Assembly: GCA_016195665.1 (NCBI GenBank)
Contig: JACPZD010000024.1
Coordinates: forward strand, 23,997-87,996
DNA length: 64,000 nt
Reading direction: 5' to 3'
Source of the DNA: Gammaproteobacteria bacterium
Lineage (GTDB): Bacteria > Pseudomonadota > Gammaproteobacteria > SURF-13
Of the stretch, positions 1 to 10,356 are shown piece after piece. The notes below the pieces were generated by a model. That model was not told the DNA's origin. It ran no database searches and was given only the letters and a program-made list of their open reading frames with translations. Within the stretch, counting starts at the first letter, position 1. Each line of letters starts with the position of its first letter. Made by a program: the position numbers and the translations under genes.

Positions 1-753
1 ATTCAGAATCTCGAAATCATCAAACTGGTAAGCAAGGATTGAAGCGGGTTTGCGTTTGATGTTGAGCGTAGGCAACGGGTAAAGTGTGCGGGTAAGTTGT
101 AAATCCACCTGTTCGAGATGGTTCAGGTAAATGTGGCAGTCACCGCCGGTCCAGATGAAATCGCCTACTCCCAAACCACACTGCTGAGCAACCATGTGAG
201 TGAGTAGTGCATATTCCGCGATGTTGAAGGGCACGCCGAGGAAGGCGTCGCAGGAGCGCTGGGTGAGTTGGCAGGATAATTTTTTATCCGCCACGTAAAA
301 TTGAAAAAAGGCGTGACAAGGGGGGAGCGCCATCTTTTCCAACTCGCCTACGTTCCAGGCGCTTACAATTAATCGCCGCGAGTTGGGGTTGGTCTTGATC
401 TGTTCTATCAGTTCGCCGATCTGGTCTATGCGGCGCCCGTCGGCGCTTTTCCAGGCGCGCCACTGCTCGCCATACACCGGGCCGAGGTCGCCGTTTTCGT
501 CCGCCCATTCATTCCAGATACGCACGCCGTTGTCGTTAAGATATTTAATGTTGGTGTCGCCGCTCAAGAACCACAGCATCTCGTGGATGACGGACTTGAG
601 GTGTAGTTTCTTGGTGGTAACCAGCGGAAAGCCTTCGTTCAAATTAAAACGCATCTGATAACCGAACACGCTTAAGGTGCCGGTGCCGGTGCGGTCGCCC
701 TTGTGTGTACCGTGCTCGCGGATGTGTCGTAGAAATTGCAGATATTGCTTCAT
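1..753 (-). CDS. thyA: thymidylate synthase; 3' end (C-terminus) runs off the window start
   Basis: Minus-strand translation from ATG at 753 reads [11 protein letters not shown]...GDRTGTGT...PPCH..FQFYV, canonical ThyA motifs; start lies 3 nt downstream of the lgt stop, the classic lgt-thyA arrangement. Confidence 0.85.
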   Translation of the reverse strand, partial: MKQYLQFLRHIREHGTHKGDRTGTGTLSVFGYQMRFNLNEGFPLVTTKKLHLKSVIHEMLWFLSGDTNIKYLNDNGVRIWNEWADENGDLGPVYGEQWRAWKSADGRRIDQIGELIEQIKTNPNSRRLIVSAWNVGELEKMALPPCHAFFQFYVADKKLSCQLTQRSCDAFLGVPFNIAEYALLTHMVAQQCGLGVGDFIWTGGDCHIYLNHLEQVDLQLTRTLYPLPTLNIKRKPASILAYQFDDFEILN

Positions 754-756
754 AAG

Positions 757-1551
757 CTAAATATTATGGATGGAAGATTTTCGATAAGAAAACCATAGGA
801 GCGTCAAACCGGCCACAATCATCGGGACGGACAGCGCTTGCCCCATCGTGAGCCAGCCGAAGGCGAGATAACCCAACTGGGCATCGGGCATGCGCACGAA
901 TTCCACGATAAAACGGAATGCGCCATAGCAAAGTAAAAACAGGCCGGAGACCGCCATCGTAGGGCGCGGTTTGCTGGAGTAGAGCCAAAGGATAACAAAC
1001 AGCACCAGGCCTTCCAAAAAGGCCTGATAAAGCTGCGAAGGATGGCGCGCGAGAGGTCCGCCGTTGGGGAACACCATCGCCCACGGCACGTCGCTCACCT
1101 TGCCCCACAGTTCGCCGTTGATGAAGTTGCCGATGCGCCCCGCGCCAAGACCGATGGGCGCCAGCGGTGCGACAAAATCCGTGACCTCAAAGAAGGTCTT
1201 GCGGTAACGGCGGCCGAAGAGCCACATGGCGATCAGGACGCCCATCAATCCGCCGTGAAACGACATGCCGCCCTGCCAGACCTTGATGATGTTCAGTGGG
1301 GCGTCGAGAAAACCGGGGAGGTCGTAGAACAGCACATAGCCGAGCCTGCCACCCAGCACCGCGCCCAGCGCACTGTAGAAAATTAAATCGCCGATCTGTT
1401 CCGGCATCCAATTCGAACCGGGCCGTTGCGCGCGCCAGCGGCCCAACCACCAGGCGGCGGCGAACCCGACGAGGTACATGAGGCCATACCAGTGGATGCT
1501 GATTGGGCCGAGATGAAGGGCGACAGGATCAATCTGGGGGTAGCGGAGCAT
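757..1551 (-). CDS. lgt: prolipoprotein diacylglyceryl transferase
   Basis: 264-aa ORF; N-terminus ...[23 protein letters not shown] and the G-rich signature match Lgt. Confidence 0.9.
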   Translation of the reverse strand: MLRYPQIDPVALHLGPISIHWYGLMYLVGFAAAWWLGRWRAQRPGSNWMPEQIGDLIFYSALGAVLGGRLGYVLFYDLPGFLDAPLNIIKVWQGGMSFHGGLMGVLIAMWLFGRRYRKTFFEVTDFVAPLAPIGLGAGRIGNFINGELWGKVSDVPWAMVFPNGGPLARHPSQLYQAFLEGLVLFVILWLYSSKPRPTMAVSGLFLLCYGAFRFIVEFVRMPDAQLGYLAFGWLTMGQALSVPMIVAGLTLLWFSYRKSSIHNI

Positions 1552-1600
1552 GCCGCAATTATAGACTAGCAGGCAGTCGAATAACAGCCTGTCGGCGATA

Positions 1601-1637
1601 CATGAAAGTCCCCTCCCCGTACGGGGAGGGGTATTTT
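1601..1637. terminator. GC-rich hairpin CCCCTCCCCG-TA-CGGGGAGGGG followed by TATTTT
   Basis: Perfect 10-bp inverted repeat immediately after the stop of the 494-aa gene, between convergent or tandem minus-strand genes. Confidence 0.4.
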
Positions 1638-1640
1638 CGA

Positions 1641-3125
1641 TCAGCTTTTGAGCATACCGCGCAGTATCGCTCGGTACTGTTTGAGGGCGCGCTCCTGGGT
1701 GGTGAGCAAACTCTCGAAGCTGCGTTCGATGGCCGCGGTCACGACCTTATCCAGACTCTTGAGATCGGCAGGCGGTTTGGGCGTGTCGTCAAGGCCTTGG
1801 TGTTTGCCGCGCATGCCGCTCAAGATCTCGCCGAGGATGAGGTCTTCAATGGGACCCACCTGCGGTAGAAAATCGCCGTCATCGGGAATCTTCTCGAGCT
1901 TGAGACGAATATCCAGCGGGATGCGGTCAATAATGAAGCGGTAAATGGTGCATTGCGGAGCATAGCGGCCTAACACGTCGCGCGCCTGGAGGCCGAGATG
2001 AATCGGCTTGAGTTCCAGAACTTCCCATATCTTCGGGTGCCACAGGATGCCCCAGCACAAGGCATTCAACATGCAACTCTGCAACTTGGGCGGGGCGAGC
2101 CACACCGCGAGATTGAGGTAATAGGCCTCGATATATTTCAGTGCATTGAGTCCTTGCGCCGTTTGAGGGTAGCCCCATAGATTGATGTTGAAGAAGTGAT
2201 GCCAGGTGGAGTCGGTGACGATGCGGCCCAAGTCCACCCTATGCCCGTCATAGGCGGCGGCGACCGCCACGGTGCGGCCGACGTCGGCATCCGGCGACAG
2301 GATGCGCCCCCAGGCGATGAGTTCGGGCTTGGCCTGGAAGCCGTTTTTGCTGGGCCACTCGGCCGCCGGGAAGCTGCCCGGCAGAATCACCTCGCCTTCG
2401 TGCTGGTGATCGGGGAAGATTTTTATCGGCCCCCACTGGCTGCAAAACAACGGGTGAGGGTAACGCTTCCACCAACTATAGGACCACGGGAATCCCGCGG
2501 GATAGGTTTTCAGCGACAAGGGTTGCGGGGTGTCGTCGGACTGGTCATCGAATTGAAAACCGGGCGTCGGCCCTTCGCGCAGGGTGTTGTTCCAGAAGGG
2601 CTGAACGGCGTCGGGCGCCGGCCACTGGCGTATCTTGCCGGCGCGCGGGATCTGTTGGCCGATGGCCTGTCCCAGATTGGCGTGATCGCCGGTCATGAAG
2701 ATGCCGCCGCCCTGGTTCATGAAATTATTCAGCGCGGTGATTTCGGCGGCGGTCAATACATTGCCGGAACCTACTCCGAAGAACCAGATCTGGTCGTAGT
2801 TGGCGCTGATATTCAACTGGTCGAGGCGGCTGTTGGGCTGCGATCTCAGCTTGAAGGTCACGTCAAAATTGACCCAGTACCAGGGATCGGACTTCAGCAC
2901 CTGCTTGACCTTGCCGAGATCAAAAGCTGGCGTGCTGCCGGGCGTGAAGGGGTTGGGGAGCGGGTCGGTGAGTGTGACGCCGCTGTCGGAATAAAACAGA
3001 ATGCGCACCTTGCATGGCCTCGGCCGCCACGGCCAGTGTATATAGTCCTCGATTTGCCAACGCGCGCGCAGATCGAGATCGGCGGGGTGCAGTTCGGAAA
3101 CAAGATTCTTGGAGCGTTTAACCAT
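1641..3125 (-). CDS. hypothetical 494-aa protein; a segment (FFGVGSGN...[24 protein letters not shown]) resembles a ThuA/class-I glutamine-amidotransferase-like fold
   Basis: Long ORF with AGGAGG 8 nt upstream of the ATG at 3125; no confident family assignment from sequence alone. Confidence 0.55.
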   Translation of the reverse strand: MVKRSKNLVSELHPADLDLRARWQIEDYIHWPWRPRPCKVRILFYSDSGVTLTDPLPNPFTPGSTPAFDLGKVKQVLKSDPWYWVNFDVTFKLRSQPNSRLDQLNISANYDQIWFFGVGSGNVLTAAEITALNNFMNQGGGIFMTGDHANLGQAIGQQIPRAGKIRQWPAPDAVQPFWNNTLREGPTPGFQFDDQSDDTPQPLSLKTYPAGFPWSYSWWKRYPHPLFCSQWGPIKIFPDHQHEGEVILPGSFPAAEWPSKNGFQAKPELIAWGRILSPDADVGRTVAVAAAYDGHRVDLGRIVTDSTWHHFFNINLWGYPQTAQGLNALKYIEAYYLNLAVWLAPPKLQSCMLNALCWGILWHPKIWEVLELKPIHLGLQARDVLGRYAPQCTIYRFIIDRIPLDIRLKLEKIPDDGDFLPQVGPIEDLILGEILSGMRGKHQGLDDTPKPPADLKSLDKVVTAAIERSFESLLTTQERALKQYRAILRGMLKS

Positions 3126-3265
3126 AAGATCCTCCTCATTTCTTGAGCTTGTTGACTGAAGAGACCTCTGAAAAACTCAGGGCCTTGAAGACCTCTGCCG
3201 GGCGGTGATCCCGGCGGGGGGAATTACTACTGCCTTTCCATCCTACACCCAACTATCGGTGCTAG

Positions 3266-4471
3266 CTACCCTAGATAGACGCGAGTAAAAAAGGCATTGA
3301 GGTAGCGGGTTTCGGGGATGGCGGGGTGGACGGGGTGATCGGGGCCTTGCTGGCCCTGTTCGAGGATTTGCAGGTTGCGGTCTACATGACGGCTGGTCTG
3401 CAACAGCACGTCTTGCAGAGCGTTGGATTCAAGGTGGTAGGAACAGGAGGCTGAAATCAGAATGCCGTCCTTCGCCAACACTTGCATGGCCATTTGGTTG
3501 AGTTGGTGATAAGCCTGCAAGCCCTGCTTGAGGTCTTTTTTGCGTTTGATGAAGGCTGGCGGATCGAGTATCACGACATCGAATTTTTGGCGCTCGGCGC
3601 GCAGTGATTTGAGCGCGTCGAAGGCATCGGCCTGTATGCCCGTGACGCGCTCCGTGACGCCATTGAGCGCGGCATTGTGGCGGAGTTGAGCTAGGGCGCT
3701 CTGGGAGGAATCCACGCACAGCACCTCGCTCGCTCCCGCCGCTGCGGCCTGCACGCCCCAGCCACCGAGATAGCTGAAAACATCCAACACGCGCCGGTCT
3801 TTTACATAGTGCTGCATGCGTGCACGATTCATGCGGTGGTCGTAAAACCAGCCGGTTTTTTGTCCGGTCAATACCGGGACGTCGAACACTACGCCGTTTT
3901 CTTCCAGCCTGACCCACTCGGGGGTTTCACCCAGTACCGTTTCAACATACTTTGGCAAGCCTTCCAGAGCGCGACTGGAAGTATCGTTGCGCAGAACGAT
4001 GGCGCGGGGCTTGATGACTTTTTGCAGAGCGGCGACCACCTCTATTTTGACGCGCTCCATGCCCGCGGTGGTGAGTTGCACGACCAGTACATCGCCGTAG
4101 CGGTCCACCACCAGGCCCGGCAGGGCATCGCCCTCGCCGAACACCAGGCGATAATAAGGCTTGTCGAACAACCGTTCGCGCAGTGACAGTGCGATATTGA
4201 GGCGGTGCACCAGCAGCGACTGATCGAGCACGTAGTGCGGGTCACGGCTCACCAACCGCGCGCAGATGAGCGAGTGCGGATTGGCATAGCCGGTGCCGAG
4301 CACGGCGCCATTACTCGCCTCGATGCTGACAAGCTGGCCGGGTTCGAAACCCGTCAGCGGCGTGTGCGCGACGTCCACCTCGTTACTGAATACCCACAGA
4401 TGACCGGTGTGCAGGCGGCGCTCTTCTTTCTTTTTCAGACGCAACGGCGCGAGGGTTTTTGGAGTGCTCAT
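3266..4471 (-). CDS. rlmI: 23S rRNA m5C1962 methyltransferase, class I SAM-dependent (RlmI family)
   Basis: 401 aa; N-terminal PUA-like region (LRLKKKEERRLHTGHLWVF) and C-terminal methyltransferase fold (VLDVFSYLGGWG...DVVILDPP) collinear with E. coli RlmI. Confidence 0.8.
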   Translation of the reverse strand: MSTPKTLAPLRLKKKEERRLHTGHLWVFSNEVDVAHTPLTGFEPGQLVSIEASNGAVLGTGYANPHSLICARLVSRDPHYVLDQSLLVHRLNIALSLRERLFDKPYYRLVFGEGDALPGLVVDRYGDVLVVQLTTAGMERVKIEVVAALQKVIKPRAIVLRNDTSSRALEGLPKYVETVLGETPEWVRLEENGVVFDVPVLTGQKTGWFYDHRMNRARMQHYVKDRRVLDVFSYLGGWGVQAAAAGASEVLCVDSSQSALAQLRHNAALNGVTERVTGIQADAFDALKSLRAERQKFDVVILDPPAFIKRKKDLKQGLQAYHQLNQMAMQVLAKDGILISASCSYHLESNALQDVLLQTSRHVDRNLQILEQGQQGPDHPVHPAIPETRYLNAFFTRVYLG

Positions 4472-4494
4472 TTAAGTGATCTCTGAAAAATATA

Positions 4495-4582
4495 TCGCCA
4501 ACCGCCAAGACGCCAAGGTCGCCGAGAAAAAAGATTTGAATGGTAAGCAAGAAATCTTGGCGGTCTTGGCGCCTTGGCGGTT
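4495..4582. repeat. hairpin repeat family D (CCGCCAAGACGCCAAGG ... CTTGGCGCCTTGGCGG around an AT-rich loop), copy 1
   Basis: Long imperfect palindrome; a second copy at 33208..33288 has about 80 percent identity and the same architecture. Confidence 0.6.
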
Positions 4583-4602
4583 CAACATGACTCAGGATTT
4601 CC

Positions 4603-6072
4603 TTAATAACGCGACGGGCGCGGCCAGGTAATCGGCTGATAGCCCGTGCAGTGTCTTGCGTAGAGGGTGCGCAGCACGGCGCCGTCGGGCGCATAGGCGG
4701 TCACCGGCGGGAGCAGCACGCAATGGGTGAAGGCGCGCAGTAATTCCGGCGGCGGTTCGGTGGAGGTACTTATGTACGCGCCATTACGCCCCGCCTCGCG
4801 TTCGATGCCGGGCCATAGATCGTGTTGATTGTAACGGCGCGTGGCGTTGCCGGTGATGTAAACAGGCATCGGGGTTAGCCAGTAAAAGGCCAGTTCGCCC
4901 GCTAGAGTATACGAATCGGTAAGAATAAATTCGATGGGCTTGCCCGCCTCCTCTAGGGCGATCTGCACTGTCGCCACCGGCGCCTGCCAGGCGCGCATTT
5001 TACGAAACGGGTCCTGCTGACTTGCCAAGCCAAAGCTATAGGGAAAATGGCCGATCGCGATCATCGTCAGCGACATGAACACCCCGACGTAAACAAACGC
5101 CCGCTTCACGCGCGCGAGATTGGGTAGCTGTCCCGCGAACAGAATCAGAAATCCGATATAACCCGGCGCCGCCCAGTTGAGTTGAACCTTGGCGCTGAAC
5201 GCCTTGATTAAAAAAAATCCTAACAGGAACAGCGACGAATACCACAAGAAGCGTTGCTGCTCGGATGCAGGCTTGCGCCATAACACGCTGGCCGCCGCCA
5301 ACACCACCAGCGGCGACAAGGTAAAAATTTGAGTCAGTGAAAAATCCAGCAGGCTGTTCAGCGACCATGTGTCATGCGCGACATGACCCAGCTCGTGACG
5401 AAACATGACCCAATCGTGCTGAGCGTTCCAGAGGACCACCGGGCTGAACAGGACCAGGGCCAGCAGCGCCGCCAGCCACGGATGGGGGGTCTTGAGTTGC
5501 TCGCGGCCGGCGCGGGTGAGCAGCAGCCACCCCCCAACAAAAACAGGCAGCAAGACTATGCTGAGCTTGGTCAGCCCTCCGAGGCCCGCCGCCGCGCCGA
5601 ACTCATACCACGCAAGTGACCGGCCGCGAAACAGCGCACGCCACGCGGCCCACAGACCCCATGTCCACAGCAGCAACAACAGGATGTCGGTGGTCATCAC
5701 CGATCCGAGAGTGAAGAACAGCGGCGTGGTGAGCCCCAACAGCAGCACCCACCCGCTCGCCGCGCGGCTGTTCCACACTTGTTGTGCAAAGTAGAACAAC
5801 AGAGCAAGGAAACCGCTGTAGGCCAACCAGGCGGGGAGGCGGGCTTGCCAGGCGCCGTGGCCGAATAGGGTTTCGGATAATGCAATCAGCCAAGCGACCA
5901 GCGGGCCCTTGGAATAATAAGACCAGTCAAGCTGGCGTGACCATTCCCAGTACTGGGCCTCATCGAAGTGCAGCTCCAGACCTGCGCTCTGCATCAGCAC
6001 GGCCTTGAGGAGCGGCAGGCTGAGTAAAAAAACCGGCAGGGCGAGGATGGCGCCTCTCTTGCCGAGCATCAT
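4603..6072 (-). CDS. glycosyltransferase family 39 (ArnT/PMT-like) polytopic membrane protein
   Basis: Real start is MMLGKRGAIL at 6072, overlapping the upstream stop as ATGA; the 678-aa track ORF is an artefactual N-extension. Motif DEAQYWEWSRQLDWSYYSKGP and more than 10 predicted TM segments. Confidence 0.8.
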   Translation of the reverse strand: MMLGKRGAILALPVFLLSLPLLKAVLMQSAGLELHFDEAQYWEWSRQLDWSYYSKGPLVAWLIALSETLFGHGAWQARLPAWLAYSGFLALLFYFAQQVWNSRAASGWVLLLGLTTPLFFTLGSVMTTDILLLLLWTWGLWAAWRALFRGRSLAWYEFGAAAGLGGLTKLSIVLLPVFVGGWLLLTRAGREQLKTPHPWLAALLALVLFSPVVLWNAQHDWVMFRHELGHVAHDTWSLNSLLDFSLTQIFTLSPLVVLAAASVLWRKPASEQQRFLWYSSLFLLGFFLIKAFSAKVQLNWAAPGYIGFLILFAGQLPNLARVKRAFVYVGVFMSLTMIAIGHFPYSFGLASQQDPFRKMRAWQAPVATVQIALEEAGKPIEFILTDSYTLAGELAFYWLTPMPVYITGNATRRYNQHDLWPGIEREAGRNGAYISTSTEPPPELLRAFTHCVLLPPVTAYAPDGAVLRTLYARHCTGYQPITWPRPSRY

Positions 6073-7085
6073 GCCGAATGCTTCCAGCCCGCCTCGGCTG
6101 ATTCCTCCGGACTTTCGGGGTTGCGCATGATATATGAGCGGGCCTGGCCCGATTCGAAATAGGTGCGGGCAATCAGTTCGCTTAACACACCGGTGGTGAG
6201 AAACTGCACGGCCATCACAATGAGCAATACGCTTATCATCAACAATGGACGAGTGCCGATGTTCTCCCCGAAAAAGATCTTGAGAATGAATAGATAACTC
6301 ATGCCGATGAAACCGATGACGCCGAACGCGAGTGCTATACCGCCGAAGTAGTGACCGGGGCGCGCGCGGAAGCGGATGAAGAAGTACACTGAAAGTAGGT
6401 CCATAATCACGCGGAAGGTGCGCGAGAGACCGTATTTGGAGACGCCGAATTGACGCGGCGAATGAGCGACGACTTCCTCCTTGATGCGCGAGGTTGCCGT
6501 GTGCGCGGCCATCCAGGCCGGGATGAAGCGGTGCATCTCGCCGTACAGGCGGACGTTCTTGATGACCTGCGCGCGATATACCTTGAGGCTGCACCCGTAA
6601 TCGTGCAGGCGCACCTCGGTCATCCGTCCGATCAGCCAATTGGCGATGCGCGAGGGAATGGTGCGCAGCCAGAGGCTGTCTTTGCGGTCTTTGCGCCAGC
6701 CGACCAGCAGATCGAGATCTTCGTCCAGCAGGCGCTGCACCATGCGCGGGATGTCGGCCGGGTCGTTTTGCAGGTCGCCGTCCAGCGTGACGATCACGTC
6801 GCCGCGCGCCGCATCAATGCCCGCCTGCATGGCAGCGGTCTGACCGAAGTTGCGTTGCAGAGTTATGCTGCGTACATGTCCGCCATATTGGGCGATGCCC
6901 TGCCGCATCACTCGTTCCGTGTCGTCTGTGCTGCCGTCACTGACCAGAATCAACTCCCACGGATGGCGATAACCGGCCAGTACCTCGTGCACGCGCGCGA
7001 GCAGCGGCGCGACGCTCTCCGCCTCGTTGTACAGAGGCACGACGAGCGAGACGCGGTGCGCGGTCAACTCAAGGGAAGTGTTCAT
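6069..7085 (-). CDS. GT2 polyprenol-phosphate sugar synthase (ArnC/GtrB-like)
   Basis: 338 aa; VSLVVPLYNE...ILVSDGSTD...TLDGDLQND cytoplasmic GT2 catalytic motifs plus two C-terminal TM helices, as in ArnC/DPM synthases. Confidence 0.85.
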   Translation of the reverse strand: MNTSLELTAHRVSLVVPLYNEAESVAPLLARVHEVLAGYRHPWELILVSDGSTDDTERVMRQGIAQYGGHVRSITLQRNFGQTAAMQAGIDAARGDVIVTLDGDLQNDPADIPRMVQRLLDEDLDLLVGWRKDRKDSLWLRTIPSRIANWLIGRMTEVRLHDYGCSLKVYRAQVIKNVRLYGEMHRFIPAWMAAHTATSRIKEEVVAHSPRQFGVSKYGLSRTFRVIMDLLSVYFFIRFRARPGHYFGGIALAFGVIGFIGMSYLFILKIFFGENIGTRPLLMISVLLIVMAVQFLTTGVLSELIARTYFESGQARSYIMRNPESPEESAEAGWKHSA

Positions 7086-7651
7086 GACGATAGCTGAGAG
7101 CGGGCCCGAATGCGGCGCATAAAATCAGAATATTGTACGCCGATGAGGGCGGCAAGGTAAGCCAGCAGGGTTCCGATCACGGCGCCGGTCAACACCTGAC
7201 TCGGATAGTGCTTGCCGAGATAGACACGGGAGATCGTGACTAATAGAGCGATGCTGAACAGCGTCAGCGCCCATCTGCGCGAACGGGTCATGAAACTCAT
7301 GAAGGTGGCTACCGCAAAAAAATTGAGCGCGTGGTTGGAAGGGATGCCGTTCAACTGAGATCCGCAGCGCCCGTTGGGCAGCCGCAGCAACTCAGCGATG
7401 ACATAGCACGGGCGCGGTTGCGCCCAGAGGTGTTTGGCCAGATTGCCAATCGCATCGCCGACGATGACCAGAGCAAGCAACGCCAGCCACAGCCGCACTC
7501 CATCCCGACCATACTGTTTTATGCTTAGCGCGAGCATAACGGCCAGCAGCGGAAAGGCGAAGGTGTTGCGGTCGGAAAGCCAGGAAAACAGGACATCATT
7601 CCAAGGATGCGCCCAGGACTGGTTGATCCAGACGAGCAGCGCCTCATCCAT
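7082..7651 (-). CDS. PAP2-family membrane phosphatase (variant motifs)
   Basis: 189 aa; KHLWAQPRP, IPSNH and SRVYLGKHYPSQ correspond to PAP2 motifs 1-3 with substitutions; 4-nt overlap with the upstream gene. Confidence 0.7.
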   Translation of the reverse strand: MDEALLVWINQSWAHPWNDVLFSWLSDRNTFAFPLLAVMLALSIKQYGRDGVRLWLALLALVIVGDAIGNLAKHLWAQPRPCYVIAELLRLPNGRCGSQLNGIPSNHALNFFAVATFMSFMTRSRRWALTLFSIALLVTISRVYLGKHYPSQVLTGAVIGTLLAYLAALIGVQYSDFMRRIRARSQLSS

Positions 7652-8627
7652 GTTGGGCAGGTCGTGAAAGCAATAGACTCAACGCACCGCCCAGCAGCGT
7701 GGTGGCCAGCAAGAATAAGTGCAGGTTGACAGCGGCCTTGAAGGCGGCCACGGCCGGTGCGCCGAACGGCAGTAAGGCCGCCACCACGCCCGCCTCGTAG
7801 GTGCCGGCGCCCGCGAAGGCGTGGATGGGCAGCACGCTGGTCACATCGCCGCCAATCACGCCGAGCCAGGCGGCGGCGAACGGGATCTCGATAAACAATC
7901 GCAACACCCAGACAAACACGCCCAGCTTGACGACCCAGTTGATGGCGGTCCACAGCCAGGCGCGCCAGAAGGCGCTGTGGCTGTATGGCAGGCTGGTTAA
8001 AATCTTGTGCAGCAGTCTGCGCGGACGGCCGCCCGGATGGGCGTTCATATAGTTGAGTAGCTTTGCATTAGCCAGAAACAGCAGATACGGCACGCTCAGC
8101 CATAGCAGGCACGCAGCGCCGGCATACGTCCAGGGCCGAAGAGTAATCCCCAGCGCGAGCAGCACCAGGGTGTGCAAGTCCAGCACCCGAAACCATAGCA
8201 GTGCGGGGGTGGAACGCATCAGCGGCACGTCGAAGTAGCGCTTCATGAGTATGGGGAAGGAAACCTCTCCGGTCCGCATCGGGAGCAGATTATTAAAAAA
8301 ATTATGCAGCAGCATGAGCTTGAGACAGGCCGCGAACGCCCCCCGCATTTCATCGCGGAAATAGTCATACAGACGCATGGCCCTGACCCAGTAAGTAAAA
8401 AACGTCAGTATAATAGCCAAGAATAATAGACTATAGGGCAAGGCCCGCCAGGGAGCGAGCAAATTCCGCCAACCGAAATAGAATTCGATCAGCGCCACGA
8501 AGGCGATGAAGAGAGCGATGCCTGTGAGATATGATAGCTTCACGAGGTAGTTTGGCGGGCTGGTTGGCGATGAGGGTGCTGACTCAGTGTAGGTGGCGCG
8601 AGCGCGCAGCGCAACCCTTTCTCCCAT
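7644..8627 (-). CDS. UPF0104 / lysyl-PG-synthase transmembrane-domain (flippase-like) membrane protein
   Basis: Polytopic membrane ORF (LSYLTGIALFIAFVALIEFYFGWRNL...). Start uncertain: alternatives are ATG at 8627 or GTG at 8541; the track ORF extends to 8687. Confidence 0.6.
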   Translation of the reverse strand: MGERVALRARATYTESAPSSPTSPPNYLVKLSYLTGIALFIAFVALIEFYFGWRNLLAPWRALPYSLLFLAIILTFFTYWVRAMRLYDYFRDEMRGAFAACLKLMLLHNFFNNLLPMRTGEVSFPILMKRYFDVPLMRSTPALLWFRVLDLHTLVLLALGITLRPWTYAGAACLLWLSVPYLLFLANAKLLNYMNAHPGGRPRRLLHKILTSLPYSHSAFWRAWLWTAINWVVKLGVFVWVLRLFIEIPFAAAWLGVIGGDVTSVLPIHAFAGAGTYEAGVVAALLPFGAPAVAAFKAAVNLHLFLLATTLLGGALSLLLSRPAQHG

Positions 8628-8657
8628 TCTACGAGGAAGATCATCAAGCAAAAACAA

Positions 8658-8726
8658 TTTACCGCAGAGGGCGCGGAGCTGAACCAAGTCTTTTTGAACT
8701 TATCTCTCCGCGCCCTCCGCGGTGAA
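8658..8726. repeat. hairpin repeat family B (TTCACCGCAGAGGGCGCGGAGGAG ... CTCCGCG.CCTC.GCGGTGAA), copy 1
   Basis: About 22-bp inverted arms around a 25-30-nt loop; four copies in the window (also 30788..30860, 42089..42158, 56494..56552). Confidence 0.7.
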
Positions 8727-8727
8727 T

Positions 8728-10356
8728 ATGGTTTTATCCGAAATGGACTCTAGGGCCCGCGACATGAACAGCCTCACTCGCTCCAACATAGGGCTTTACA
8801 CCCTGTTCGCCGCCTGTGTGCTGGCCGGTTTTTTTCTCAATATCCATGCGGTGCCGCTGTTCGATCTGGATGAGGGCGCCTTCAGCGAGGCCACCCGCGA
8901 GATGTTCGTGCGCGGCGATTTTATTTCCCCCTACCTGAATGGTGAGCCGCGTTACGACAAACCGGTGCTGATCCACTGGCTGCAGGCCGCGAGCGTCTGG
9001 AGCTTGGGGCTTAATGAATTGGCGTTGCGGTTACCCTCGGCCTTGGCGGCCGCGTTGTGGAGCTGGCTGATCTTTCTTTTCACAAAGCGGTACACGACCA
9101 CCGCCACGGCCTTGTATGCCGCCATCATCACGGCCAGCAGCTTGCAGGTCTCGCTCATCGCCAAGGCCGCCATCGCGGACGCCCTATTGAATCTGTTTCT
9201 CAGCGGTGCACTGTTTAGTATTTATCTTTTCTATCAGTCACGCGAACTGAGATATGTCTATCTCAGCGCCGCAGCCATGGCCCTGGGCTTTCTCACCAAG
9301 GGGCCGGTTGCGGTGGTCATACCACTCGCCGTGAGTCTGTTGTTTTTTTTGAGCAAGGGTGAATTCAGGACTTGGCTCATGGCGCTGTTTAATCTTCGTG
9401 CGATGGCGCTGTTCGGCCTGCTGGCCCTGCCCTGGTACGTCGCGCAGTACCTCAGAGAGGGCGACGCCTTTATCCAGGGGTTTTTTTTCAAGCATAATAT
9501 CGCCCGCTTTGGGGAAACCTTTGAGCAGCATGGCGGCGGGGTTTTTTATTATATCCCGGTCGTCCTCATCGGTCTGTTGCCTTATACCGCACTGCTGTTC
9601 AAAACCTTCACCCGTCTCGGCGAAATCGTCAACGATGATCTAAAACGTTACCTTCTGATATGGTTTTTATTCGTCCTGATATTTTTTTCGTTTTCCGGCA
9701 CCAAGCTGCCTCACTATGCGGTGTACGGCTATCCCGCCGCCATCATCTTGATGGCCATGTACCTGGACACATTGCGCTCCGGATTCATGATCCTTCTGCC
9801 GCCGCTGCTCTTGTTTACCGCCTTGCTGTTTCTCCCCGAACTGATTCATGCCTGGCTCGCGGCGGTGCAGGATGTGTTTATTCGAGACACATTGCGCGAT
9901 GCGGGCGATTACTTTTCATTCCCCTACAGATTATTTTTTTCGCTGGCCATTTTACTCACTGTGTACTTTATGTTTGAAAACCGGTTTAGCAATCCGGGAA
10001 AATTGTTGTGCAGCGGGCTCGTTACCGTGACGGGGGTGGCGCTGTTTGTGCTGCCGATAGCGGGGCAGATTTTGCAATCGCCCATCAAGGAGGCGGCGCT
10101 CATCGCCAAGCGGGCCGATTATGCGGTGGTCATGTGGGGACTGAACGCGCCGAGCTTTAATGTTTACAGCGAACGGCTGGTGGAGCGGCGCGAACCGCGC
10201 CCCGGCGAGATCGCACTGACCAAGTCGAGCTATCTGCCGCGCCTCAAGGGCTACGAGACGCTTTATTACAAAAACGGGATTGCGCTCATCCGTGTGAAGT
10301 CACGAATAGACGTATCAAGCCCGGCAGGGCCAGCATCAAACAGCTCAGCGCAATGA
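8728..10356 (+). CDS. ArnT-like (GT83) undecaprenyl-phosphate-sugar:lipid A glycosyltransferase
   Basis: N-terminal FDLDEGAFSEATREMFVRGDFISP matches the ArnT signature (DE.RYAEI.REM). About 12 TM segments. First ATG at 8728 lies inside the family B hairpin; alternative starts at 8743 or 8764. Confidence 0.8.
   Translation: MVLSEMDSRARDMNSLTRSNIGLYTLFAACVLAGFFLNIHAVPLFDLDEGAFSEATREMFVRGDFISPYLNGEPRYDKPVLIHWLQAASVWSLGLNELALRLPSALAAALWSWLIFLFTKRYTTTATALYAAIITASSLQVSLIAKAAIADALLNLFLSGALFSIYLFYQSRELRYVYLSAAAMALGFLTKGPVAVVIPLAVSLLFFLSKGEFRTWLMALFNLRAMALFGLLALPWYVAQYLREGDAFIQGFFFKHNIARFGETFEQHGGGVFYYIPVVLIGLLPYTALLFKTFTRLGEIVNDDLKRYLLIWFLFVLIFFSFSGTKLPHYAVYGYPAAIILMAMYLDTLRSGFMILLPPLLLFTALLFLPELIHAWLAAVQDVFIRDTLRDAGDYFSFPYRLFFSLAILLTVYFMFENRFSNPGKLLCSGLVTVTGVALFVLPIAGQILQSPIKEAALIAKRADYAVVMWGLNAPSFNVYSERLVERREPRPGEIALTKSSYLPRLKGYETLYYKNGIALIRVKSRIDVSSPAGPASNSSAQ

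Noticed and set aside
2196-3146. Antisense shadow ORFs of 200-640 aa (for example 2196..3146+, 14255..14893+, 20510..21301+, 21574..22542+, 24644..25540+, 27464..28897+, 34432..35526+, 42209..43393+, 45192..47111+)
   Set aside because: All lie opposite confidently assigned genes, are Arg/Gly/Ala-rich with no domain signatures, and are typical of high-GC antisense frames.
4603-6639. 678-aa track ORF as one large protein
   Set aside because: Its first 189 codons overlap the ArnC-like gene in another frame and have arginine-rich shadow composition. The real GT39 protein starts at MMLGKRGA (6072), overlapping the upstream stop as ATGA.
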